From NCBI GenBank assembly GCA_020184695.1, contig JAANOX010000022.1, positions 62,001-126,000 on the forward strand: a stretch of DNA of 64,000 nucleotides, given 5' to 3'. The stretch comes from Histomonas meleagridis 2922-C6/04-290x. Taxonomy: Eukaryota > Protista > Parabasalia. The notes under the pieces were generated by a model, which saw only the letters and a list, made by a program, of their open reading frames with translations, was not told the DNA's origin and did no database searches. Below, piece by piece: positions 54,334 to 64,000 of this stretch. Position 1 is the stretch's first letter. Each line of letters opens with the position of its first letter. The position numbers and the translations under genes were made by a program.

Positions 54334-55440
54334 ATGGACACCAAAAACAAGATGGCTACGCAGTATTTTTCAAAAGCAGAGGAGAAGAGATTTAATGCTT
54401 TCAAATTAATACGTGGAAATTTATACCACATTATACAATGGTCAAATGAACTTGCTTATTTATATCAAGATGAAACAGATCTACATACAATGCTTAAAAA
54501 AGTTATCCAAAAATCTTCTTCAATTGCAAAAAGCTTATATATTACATCTGATTTAAAAGAAAGGAAAAACATCATTGAACATGAAATCTATGAAGATCCA
54601 GAAAATCTATATGGTGAATTACAAACCTTTTTAAAAGATAAAATGTACAATAAAGTTTCTGGTGCATATTCTCATATGTTACAAATCATATCAAGTCAAG
54701 ATAATTCTGATACTTTCGACTCAAACGAATTAGAAAAAGATTTATCCGCGTTTAAAATTGATGACATCAATTCCATTAAAAGAGTTAGTCCTACTTTATC
54801 ATCAAATATCACAAAATATTTTCCAAATAATACCAGTCCAAAAGTCGACAAAAATAGCCCACAGAATGAAGTCCTACGCCAAGCCAATCAAGTTGTTGCC
54901 TTTACTAATTTATATTCCGAAGTTACTGATATCATTAATAATCATGGTAAGTTCAAAGAAGAGCTAAAACAAGCCAAAGAAATCATCAAAGATATCATCA
55001 ACAAGCAAAAGAAGCCTTCATCAATGCCACAGTTAAATTACTCTCCGACTAAGCAATCATTTCCATTTCGTCAAGGACTTAATTCGCCTCCCAAACCAAA
55101 TAACCCATTACTCGGAAACAGTTTTCCATTTTTGGGCGGTACTGAAGGTCAAAAGAAGAATATACAACATCAAATTGATGAATGCGTTGCAAATTACAAT
55201 AAAATATCAAAAGAAAACGAAGAACTAGAACAAAAAATTAAAGAAATCGAGGAAGAAATTCAGAAAAAGAAGAAAGAAAAAGAAGAAAATTTGGCAAAAA
55301 TCAAAGAAAAAGAAATTGAAATCAATAAGAAGTCAAATGAAATCGGTGAAATGAAATCAGAGGCTTCGACAAAAGGACAAATTATACATGATCTAATGCT
55401 AGAAATTTTACATATGTCGAAAGAATATGGCATTAAATGA
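54334..55440 (+). CDS. Hypothetical protein with C-terminal coiled coil
   Basis: 368-aa ORF with a helical N-terminus, a P/S/N-rich linker and a K/E-rich coiled coil. Confidence 0.7.
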   Translation: MDTKNKMATQYFSKAEEKRFNAFKLIRGNLYHIIQWSNELAYLYQDETDLHTMLKKVIQKSSSIAKSLYITSDLKERKNIIEHEIYEDPENLYGELQTFLKDKMYNKVSGAYSHMLQIISSQDNSDTFDSNELEKDLSAFKIDDINSIKRVSPTLSSNITKYFPNNTSPKVDKNSPQNEVLRQANQVVAFTNLYSEVTDIINNHGKFKEELKQAKEIIKDIINKQKKPSSMPQLNYSPTKQSFPFRQGLNSPPKPNNPLLGNSFPFLGGTEGQKKNIQHQIDECVANYNKISKENEELEQKIKEIEEEIQKKKKEKEENLAKIKEKEIEINKKSNEIGEMKSEASTKGQIIHDLMLEILHMSKEYGIK

Positions 55441-56123
55441 AATTATGATTTGAAAATAAATTTAATTTGATTTTTTTTTATTGTAAACATTTATTTTCTT
55501 GGCTGAGTCTGATACAAAAAAGCAGTAAATGTATTCATTTATTGAATTTTCTGATCGAGTACCGGGAAAATATTTCTAAGCCTGAAAAACCCCTTTAAGG
55601 GTCCCTCTATGAAAAACTGGAGTAAATTTCACAAAAAGTAATAAAAAGAATGCATATATTGTGAATATTTATGCATTAGACAATTAATATTGGGCATTTT
55701 ATTAATTGCATACAATCAGTTAATTATTTTTATTCTAAAATATCAAAAATATTGTGTTTTTAATTATTTTTATTTTGAAAAATCCCGAAAATGAAAAGAA
55801 AAAACAAAAAAATAACGTAAAACAAGATTTCAAACCCATAGTACATGCAAAAAGCTTTGACCAAAATGAAAGTCACACAAATATTTCTACTTGCCAGTAG
55901 TGATTCTAAATATAGGAATTTGATTTGAAGGGGTTTTTCCCTCTACTCTATCTGATTTCATATTAAAATAAATATCTTAATATTTCCCACGTAAATAATT
56001 GCCAAAGGAGTGATAAAATTTAATCTTTGTTCAATCTTTACCTATTTTGAAATGTGAAAAATATCCAAAAAATGCCGATGTGCAAAACGGTTTATGGCAG
56101 TTTGCAAAATTTAAAATTGAAAA

Positions 56124-56762
56124 ATGGAAGATTTACGTATTGCTATTGTAGGAGATGCTAGTGTTGGTAAAACTGCTCTTGCAGTGCGTTTTACCCAAGG
56201 CGTTTTTGATCCCTATTTAAAACAAAATACCGGAGGTGTAAGTTATGAAAGACAAATAACTCTTCAAGATGAAACTGTTAAAATTCAAATATGGGATACA
56301 GCAGGTCAAGAACAATATCAATCTCTCGCACCGTTTTATTATAGGGGTGCTCACGTGATAATAATTGTTTTTGCCCTTGGAGATTGTCATCCAGATGCCC
56401 CAAACAGTCGTTCTTCGTTTGACAATGTTGAAAAGTGGTACAATCAAATTAGGGACAACAATGCTAATGCGATAATTATTTTATGTGGAAGTATGTCCGA
56501 TCTCGAGAACCGAGAAATAACGTTTGAAGAAGGTCAACAAAGAGCTCAAACTCTCCCTGATTTTATTCAATATTTTGAAACAAGTTCTGTCACAGGATTT
56601 GGAATCAACGATCTGTTTAAATATGCCGCCCAACGATTTCTTGAGTTTAGAACAGGGAAAAGCTTTGATGGAGATGATGAAAATCTAGATGGGCCTGTAA
56701 AATTAAATGATGATAATCAAAATGATGGGAAAGGAGGTTGGTTTAGCTGGTTGTTCTGCTAA
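56124..56762 (+). CDS. Rab-family GTPase (divergent)
   Basis: GDASVGKT, IQIWDTAGQEQYQSLAPFYYRGA, ETSS, terminal Cys; M3-like AACGGTTT at 56086-56093. Confidence 0.9.
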   Translation: MEDLRIAIVGDASVGKTALAVRFTQGVFDPYLKQNTGGVSYERQITLQDETVKIQIWDTAGQEQYQSLAPFYYRGAHVIIIVFALGDCHPDAPNSRSSFDNVEKWYNQIRDNNANAIIILCGSMSDLENREITFEEGQQRAQTLPDFIQYFETSSVTGFGINDLFKYAAQRFLEFRTGKSFDGDDENLDGPVKLNDDNQNDGKGGWFSWLFC

Positions 56763-58048
56763 TAAAACATTCATGGAACTGTTCATTTTAATGAAAATCT
56801 TTTGAATGTGATCTCTTTTTCGATTTGTTTTTACTTGTTAATGATCACTTTTGCAAATATGTATTATAAGTAATCCAAGATTGAAAATCTTTTTTGCAAA
56901 TTTTATTCGATCTTATTTTGAATGCATCAACTATTATATTTCATTTTAATATAAATTTTTATAGCATGAGATATTTTCAGTTATTTTAACTTATGAATGT
57001 CTTGTTTAGAATAATACACTTCTTTCTTTTAGCATTTTTATGAACAAGAAAAGTGGCAATTGTACCAAGTCTAATGATTGTTGAAGAATAAAAACAAAAT
57101 TAATATATCAATTTATGTTTTAAATAAAGCTATTGAGGAAAATTACATTTCAAAACGAATTATATATCATAAATGTATTTTGTTATCAGATATTCATATA
57201 AAATAAAGAGTATAAATTCGTATTATAAATTTTTTTTTATAAATATGGATATTTATAGTAAAGTAAAACCCATAACATTTTGTTTCCTTAATTATTATAA
57301 ATTATAAAATCAGCAAGAAAAAATCACTAAAAAAGAGGAAAAAATTCAAAAAGGAGCAGGGAGAAGAAAAGAGAAAAGAAAAAGAAAGGAAAAAAGAAAA
57401 CTTTGTAATTAAAAATTATTTTGAAACTAAAAATAGTATTAATGAGCACATTTTATTTCCATATTTACTAATAATGATAGCAAGTATTAATTCTTTATTT
57501 TTATTTTACATATTATAACTATAGATATTTGTAGAAAAAGTAAATCAATAACCTCAAGCCAACGATATCGTCAACGATTCAATTAATATTAAATTTATGA
57601 AGTAAAAATGTCATTCCATTTTTCATTTGAAAAAAATTCGGAAAAAAAGAAAAAAGAAGATAAAAAAGAAAAAAAAAACTTTGTAATTGTTATTACAAAC
57701 AAAAAAACAAATAAAAACATGAGGTGAGCTGGTTGTTATGATTTACTTATAAAATTTCCGATTTGTAATTATCATGAGAATATACTTAAATTCAATAGTC
57801 AAAAACTGTTATTCCATTTAAAAAAAATTATCGTTATATAGAAAGTTTTGTATCGTTTGTCCCAAGATTTCCGAGAATATGCACTTATATATCAAAAATA
57901 TCTTATATATGACAATCATATGAATATGCTACCAATATATCATAAATATTTTGAGTTAATTCATATTTTCTCTAAATTTGGAAAGATTTTGGAAAAAAAA
58001 AGATTATCGGGATTAATTCTTTCTTTATCGAATCTTTAAAGACAGTCC

Positions 58049-59345
58049 TTATGAAAAATTAGTAAATAATGTTACAAATTTTTTTCCCCTAATGTAAGTG
58101 CTGTATAAAATAATTTAAATAATTTCCAAATATTATTTTGAAATCCAAATCTATTAAAAGAAAAATTAAATAAAACAAATAAATATCTTTAGCATTAATA
58201 TCAATTCCTTCTTGTTCAAGAAGTAATTTAACTATTTCTGAATGACCATTTTCAGATGCTATAATAAGTGCTGTTCTAAATAATTTAAATAATTTCCAAA
58301 TATTATTTTGAAATATCAAATTATGAAAATAAATATTATCTTTAGCATTAATATCAATTCCTTTTTGTTCAAGAAGTAATTTAACTATTTCTGTATGACC
58401 ATTCCAAGATGCCCAAGTAAGTGCTGTCCAAAATATTTTAAATAATTTCCAAATATTATTTTGAAACATTAAATTATTAAAATAAATATAAAATAAAACA
58501 AATAAATATTTTTAGCATTAATATCAATTCCTTTTTGCTTTAAAATGTATATAACAAGTTCAATATTTGAAAATGAAGCAAAAACTAAAATATTTCCTGG
58601 AAGTTGATTATTTTTATGAAAATATTATACAAGAAAAATATTTCCAATTTTTGCTGCTTCATTAATGATATTTTCATTAATTTTCATTCCTTCTTTTTCG
58701 AAATATGAAAAAATTTCATAATTAAAATATGAAACGCATTTTTCTCCTAATTTTTTTGATTGATTAATATCTTCAATTTTATTTTCATAAAGATAATGAA
58801 AGATATCATTTCGATGAAATTGAATTGCTGTTTTATATGCATCTTTAAATGATGAATGATTTTGTTCACACAAATGAATGATTTCTTCATTTCCTCCTGC
58901 AACTGCATATTTACCTGCTGACTTTACATTTGCACCATTCATAAGTAAATATTTAAAACATTTAACTGAAGAAAAAAATGCTGCGTAATCAATTAATCTA
59001 ACATTTTCTGTATTAATATATGAACATCTTTCATAAATTGATTTTGGAATTATTTGATTAAAATCGAATTCATTTTGTGACGATATTTCTTGAAGTTTTC
59101 CTATTTCATCATTTCGTATTATTTTTGCAATTTCATTTGGATTATGTCCTTCTTTAATTAATTTCTTATGAAGCTCCCAATCATTCTTTGATAATTCGTC
59201 ATATTTCTTCATGAAATTATTCCACATTATTTTTAAATTATTAGAAGGATATTTGTATTTTTTAAAATTTTGCATATGGTACTCATAAGTTGGCTTGCTT
59301 CTGCCTGTTGAATAAGATGGATAAGGCGTTTTTCTGGGAGTTTTT
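58049..59345 (-). pseudogene. DUF3447-type/ankyrin gene with premature stops and spacer-interrupted ankyrin repeats
   Basis: HNPNEIAKIIRNDEIGKLQ, IYERC, LIDYAAFFSSVKCFKYL, AVAGGNEEIIHLC and AIQFHRNDIF. The in-frame TAA at 58625-58627 is followed by in-frame YFHKNNQLPGNIL...GIDINAKN, then three spacers and ankyrin units. Confidence 0.8.
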
Positions 59346-59725
59346 CATTCATTGACGATGGTGTTGAGATTATTAATTGTTGTGAATCGATTGTGGATAA
59401 TGTGCGCTGTAGTGAAGCTTCCAGCTCTGGTTGTGGATTAGAACAAGTTGGAGATGCTGATTCAATGAGTATTGTGGTAAGTTGGTCGAAATCGCCTGCA
59501 AGGATATCATTTACCTTGTTTCTTCAGAAGAACTTTCTAAGGAGTTCAATCTTTCGAAAGATTTTAGCAATTGCTGAATTCAAATGATTCAAAAATACAG
59601 CACAAATGCTAAATTTTTAATCTTTGGTAATTTTAAGTGAGATTTTATTATCAAATTTTTGATATGAAAAATTAAAATTTCAAATGTTAAAAAATAAAAA
59701 TTTATTAGAGTAAAGTGAAGGTCAA

Positions 59726-60523
59726 CTACAAACGTATTGTAGAGATGATTTTACAGCATGTTATGAAGAATTCAATAGTCATTACAGAAAAAACTACAAT
59801 ACCTACAATAAATATTGTTTTGCCTTTTTCAGCTAATGGTTTCAAGACTAAAGAAGTCGCAAAATATGCCTGTGGTACATCTGTGTTATTTGAAATAGTA
59901 AACGATGAATTATGGAAATTAACAAAATCATTAATTGCGTCCATTTGTATATTTATACCAATGTCAATGTAAACAAAATCACCAGTGATAAAAAGTGGTG
60001 CTTCTTCTGTTTTGCAATCATCTCCAATTCCAGTGATGTTTGTTATTATAGATGAATAAGGGCATAAAACTTTATAACAATCATTTGATGTTTGCGTTTC
60101 TGATAAATCAAAACCTAGTTCATTAAATTTATGATAATCAACTGATGTATAACTTTCTTTGCTAGTATAACTGTGCCGAACAATATTATTATCAACAATT
60201 GACAAATTAATATTATATTTAAACATGTTATGGATAATTCTAAATGAATAAGAAGAATCACTTTGAATTAAATTAATTTTTGCTAAATCCAAAGCAAAGT
60301 TATTTGAATAATAGAGTGATTGATTAGTTTGATTAGTGATTATATACGTATCATTATTTTCTTGTGACATAGTTAAAGGAATTGAAACCAAGGATCCAAT
60401 GTTTTGATCAGTAAAATCATCACTAGACCAGAAAACAGCACCAACTATTGTAACAACTAAGGAGAAAATGCCCAATATCATAGCTTGCAAACAAGGATAA
60501 CACCAGGGATCCCAGCCGCACAT
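59726..60523 (-). CDS. Two-TM membrane protein with large extracellular loop
   Basis: Hydrophobic helices near both termini flank an N/S/T-rich, Cys-containing loop; no family recognised. Confidence 0.65.
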   Translation of the reverse strand: MCGWDPWCYPCLQAMILGIFSLVVTIVGAVFWSSDDFTDQNIGSLVSIPLTMSQENNDTYIITNQTNQSLYYSNNFALDLAKINLIQSDSSYSFRIIHNMFKYNINLSIVDNNIVRHSYTSKESYTSVDYHKFNELGFDLSETQTSNDCYKVLCPYSSIITNITGIGDDCKTEEAPLFITGDFVYIDIGINIQMDAINDFVNFHNSSFTISNNTDVPQAYFATSLVLKPLAEKGKTIFIVGIVVFSVMTIEFFITCCKIISTIRL

Positions 60524-60854
60524 ATTTTATGCGATAGAACTTTTTGAAATTATAACTTTTTCAGTTTGAGGGCTTAAGCCAGAATCGAATTTTAATTCAA
60601 AATTGAATATTCGAACGAAAATATTTTTTTACAAATTCAATTTCCCACAAATTTTGGTATTATGGTAACAATATATGCTGAATTATGTGTATTACAATTT
60701 CATTATAGAAATCGATAATGCTGAGTTACAATGTATTATATTTTAAGAAACCAAGCACTGAAAGTATAGTTTATAGATTTTTATAATGATAAATGAAATG
60801 AAGAATAGAATTAAGTAATTTATTTCCAAATATATAATAATTATTTTATTCATT

Positions 60855-62110
60855 ATGTCGAATGATTTGATTAATGAAATAATTTCCAAATGTTCCAATA
60901 ATTTGAGATATATCAACAAAGAAGAAAAACTTAACCGAACGTTAAAAGTTATTAGTAAACGGTTTTATATAAAATTGGGGAATAGCAAATTTCATCTCAG
61001 ATTGTAATACATTCGCCAATAATGGAAGAAGCATATGCAACATTTTCATCTATTAAAAAGATGGAAATGCTTTTTGTACGAGAACAAAATGATATCGGTT
61101 TTACACAATTTCATTCCGAAATAAAGGGATTTTCAAAAAGTACAAACTTTGTATCCAAATGTTTCAATAAGGACAATCAGGGATAAGCTAGATCTTCAAG
61201 ACAAAGCATTTATTCCAGTATCTTTAGATTCATTTCACTCATTTCCAGAAAGCGAGGATGAAAATACAATAAAGCCAATAGCGAGGCATTCTTTCCCCAT
61301 ATCCCGCTTCAATTCTACTGTTAATTTACCAGTCAAAATGATAAATTATCCAATTAAGTCAGTTCAATTTTCTTTAAAGACACAACTCGCACAGTTAGTT
61401 TCAAAAATTTCGACGCAGAAAGAAATTGGCCTTTTAGTAATATGCCATCCACAACCTTTTACCCTTTGTGCTATTTGTATTCCTCTTCGTGAATGCGAGT
61501 ACCTTATAGATGTAACTGAAATTCCATCTTGTATTCAAGATATCAACCCAATTCTAGCAGATCCAAGAATTGTTAAAGTTGTTCATAATTCAGCGAAAAC
61601 ATGTCACTTTTTGCATTTATTTGGGGCAGGTCCCATTTTAAACGTATTCTGTATCTCACCAACTTCGTTTGAACTTGATTTAAATCCATCCCCAAAACTA
61701 GTACAGAAGACATCAGAGAAAGCTTAGATGAAAATTGGATTTCAAATGACCCTAAAATAAAAGTCCAAGAATTGCACAAAATAAATCTGAAACGCAATTA
61801 AGAAATGAGATCAAATATTCCGAATCAAATGCAAAACCTGAATGGAGGTGTGGGCCGTTTTCACTTTCCCAGATGTATATTGCAAAACAAGAAATTCATT
61901 ATTTATTATATTTGTATGACTCATTTATGTTAAAATTCAAGCGATTAAATGATGGCGGAGCCACGCTAAAGAGAGTTTTGCTAATTTCTCACCAGAAATC
62001 ATCAAATGATTGGTCAAATCTCATTTCAATAAATATCCAAATTCAATAATTCTTTCTTCATTATTTAATCAACCTCTTCCTAATCTATCAATTGAACAAT
62101 GGGTTTAGTT
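60855..62110 (+). pseudogene. Fragmented RRP6-like 3'-5' exonuclease-domain gene
   Basis: Pieces in different frames: YLIDVTEI....QDINPILADPRIVKVVHNS (61149-61727) and EWRCGPFSLSQMYIAKQEIHYLLYLYD (61756-62049), matching RRP6 DWRIRPLPEEM..YA..DTHYLLYIYD. Several frameshifts and stops. Confidence 0.6.
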
Positions 62111-62964
62111 TGTACGGCTCATAACCTTAAGGTTGTCTTTTTTTCAGTTCAAAATAACAGTTTTGAGCTTGCTTGGTTATTATTGTTGAATTTTATGTAC
62201 AAATATCATAAATTTATTTAGCATGTTAACATTTAAATGCATGGGGTGTAATGGAAGAAGTAATAAAAAGAATAATGATGGATTTGGATGAAATATAAGT
62301 TGTCTGGAAGCGGAAAAATGGTGTTAATCCAGTCGGACAATAACAAAAACATTCCGAACATTGGTAATATGGAAGTGATTCAAGTTTAGTGTTAAATGGA
62401 ATGCATTCATTTATTAATAAAATATTTTGTTTCGTTATATTCGCGTGTAAATATTTTATATTCATTAGGATGAGGGAAATGTGGTTCTGGATATGTAAAG
62501 AATTTTGGTTCTGTTCTGATTGCAAAATTTGCATTTGGTAAATAATAATGTATTATACATTACTAAGTTCTTCTTCTATTATAGAAGGATCTTTTTCGCA
62601 TGAAGTTTTACTTTTGTATTATGGTTCTCTGGGGTTAATGGTACTTCAGCAGTTCCTTTATCCTTTTGAAAAACATAATGATCATAAATTTATAATGTCA
62701 AGCCTTCAGTATGAAAATAAGGATTTAAGAAATTCTGTTTTTTGATTTCTTTTTTTGCACCAGTTTTGATGGGGTTAATGTTTATTTGTATGTTTTTGTT
62801 CAGATTCTTTATGAAAACCACAAAGAAATGATTTGAGAAACCGTTTAAACCATTACTTCATTAAAAAATTCAATACAGAAAAATAAAATGGTATAAAAGA
62901 AACATATATAGTACAATATAATAAATACCAGGACTACAAATACAAAAGCAATTTCAAATGTTTT

Positions 62965-63050
62965 TACATGGAATAATTTCATGTGATTAAAGTACATGGA
63001 ATAATTTCATGTGATTAAAGTACATGGAATAATTTCATGTGATTAAAGTA
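62965..63050. repeat. 28-bp tandem repeat x3 with internal near-palindrome
   Basis: TACATGGAATAATTTCATGTGATTAAAG is perfectly repeated three times. Confidence 0.95.
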
Positions 63051-63410
63051 TATTATTAATGAAGTAATCAGAATTAAATTTATCCTGTTTTGATAAAACA
63101 TCGATAATATAAAAATCCCAAAAATTTCAAAATATCGTAAACATATATTTTGGCTCCTCAATGTACCGTCTTGGTTTCTTTGGTACATTTTCACACACAC
63201 AGCGCTATGTGAGCTTCGTGCTACGCACTCGCTCCCACCCGCGCTACATAAACTAAAGGATGAACGGCTAAAATCGATTGAATTATCATAAATCGGTTGG
63301 TTTTGATTGAAAGTAATAAAATATATTTAAATTCATGATGACATTTATATTTAAAATGTGTGAGGCATGAATCCGGCTGAGTTGTTGTTAATTCTATGTG
63401 GATTTTAGTG

Positions 63411-63700
63411 TTTTGAACTCAAAAAGTATGTTTAAAATTTTGAGGGTTAAAAATAACCTAAAAGTGAACCCTCAACGAAACGGAGTAAATGAGCATTTTT
63501 TGAAGGATTTAACGCAAAAGTTGACGGTTGATATATCGGTAAGAATTTGACGTTAATCCTCTGTCGAAAGTTGTTATTAACTGAGGTTTTGAACTTAAAA
63601 AGTACCATTAAAATTTTGATAGTTAAAAATAACCAAAAAGTGAACCCTCAACGAAACGGAGGAAATGAGCATTTTTTGAAGGATTTAACGCAAAAGTTGA
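63411..63700. repeat. 114-bp imperfect direct repeat with 176-bp period
   Basis: 63411-63524 vs 63587-63700 share AAAAGTGAACCCTCAACGAAACGGAG.AAATGAGCATTTTTTGAAGGATTTAACGCAAAAGTTGA. Confidence 0.9.
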
Positions 63701-63722
63701 ATGACAAAAAAATAAATTATTT

Positions 63723-64000
63723 TTAAATAAAGCCATAAAGTTTTTTGAATTTTGAATAAAAAATCTTGAATCTCACACCATTGACATCTATACAATACAC
63801 TAAAGCAGAACCGCGCTTATTATAGCAAACATTTAATTTTCTGAATTTAATACCGTTCCAAAAGTAAAACGCATCTGTCTCAACATCATAATAATAATCT
63901 TCTAATTGATGATTACCGTACTCATTAACTTCAATTGAATCCTCATTGATTTCGTCGAAGAATTCAAAAGCTCTACCGTTATACGAAGAAGTATTTTTTA
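63723..64000 (-). CDS. 3' end of a trichomonad high-copy, mobile-element-associated protein (HNH-type family C-terminus); not in ORF track
   Basis: Open frame KNTSSYNGRAFEFFDEINEDSIEVNEYGNHQLEDYYYDVETDAFYFWNGIKFRKLNVCYNKRGSALVYCIDVNGVRFKIFYSKFKKLYGFI*. It resembles, from recall, the tail of the HNH-containing repeat family of parabasalid Maverick-like elements. Confidence 0.6.
   Translation of the reverse strand, partial: KNTSSYNGRAFEFFDEINEDSIEVNEYGNHQLEDYYYDVETDAFYFWNGIKFRKLNVCYNKRGSALVYCIDVNGVRFKIFYSKFKKLYGFI

Noticed and set aside
57338-57690. Two purine-rich tracts both ending AAAACTTTGTAATT
   Set aside because: Low complexity and too little shared information to call an element.
58105-58507. 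Canonical GT-AG or U12 AT-AC introns as the explanation for the ankyrin spacers
   Set aside because: GT is absent from some spacers. The ACAG in ACA-GCA is explained by Thr-Ala, and using it breaks the frame. There is no ATATCC donor or branch consensus.
21192-62110. Alternative genetic code (TAA/TAG = Gln) suggested by in-frame stops
   Set aside because: Long conserved genes have no internal TAR and often end in TAA; in-frame stops occur only in loci that also have frameshifts.
62226-62800. Minus-strand ORF with CSECFCYC as a zinc finger
   Set aside because: Cys spacing matches no finger I recognise, and the upstream frames are broken.

Overview
This is AT-rich, gene-dense, almost intron-free eukaryotic DNA from a parabasalid (trichomonad-type) protist. 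The assignment is inferred from an initiator-binding-domain (IBD) gene, Inr/M3/M5-type core promoter motifs, R2R3 Myb and DUF3447-ankyrin families, and flagellar genes; the species cannot be fixed from sequence alone. The window holds about 35 protein genes (Sec61a, IFT81, PRP40, sirtuin, TRPML-like channel, CFAP58, SCAMP, RFC, RPS19, CDK, subtilisin, Ras, Rab, BLTP2/FMP27, ERGIC-53-like, FKBP-TPR, GH47, WIPI, SPG15-like, bromodomain and others), one tRNA-His and several pseudogenes and repeats. Most notable: (1) at three separate loci, ankyrin repeats are each interrupted at the same position by a conserved ~80-nt AT-rich, frame-breaking, non-GT-AG spacer with a palindromic core, a candidate non-canonical intron or recoding system; (2) an HP1-like gene missed by the ORF track is restored by a 23-nt GT-AG intron; (3) there are bacterial-type genes, including a secreted peptidoglycan amidase and a 4xUbl-LRGG fusion to a bacterial-type domain; (4) there is a 22-copy 53-bp minisatellite; (5) the right end may be the terminus of a Maverick/Polinton-like element. 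All family assignments come from motif recognition, not database searches.
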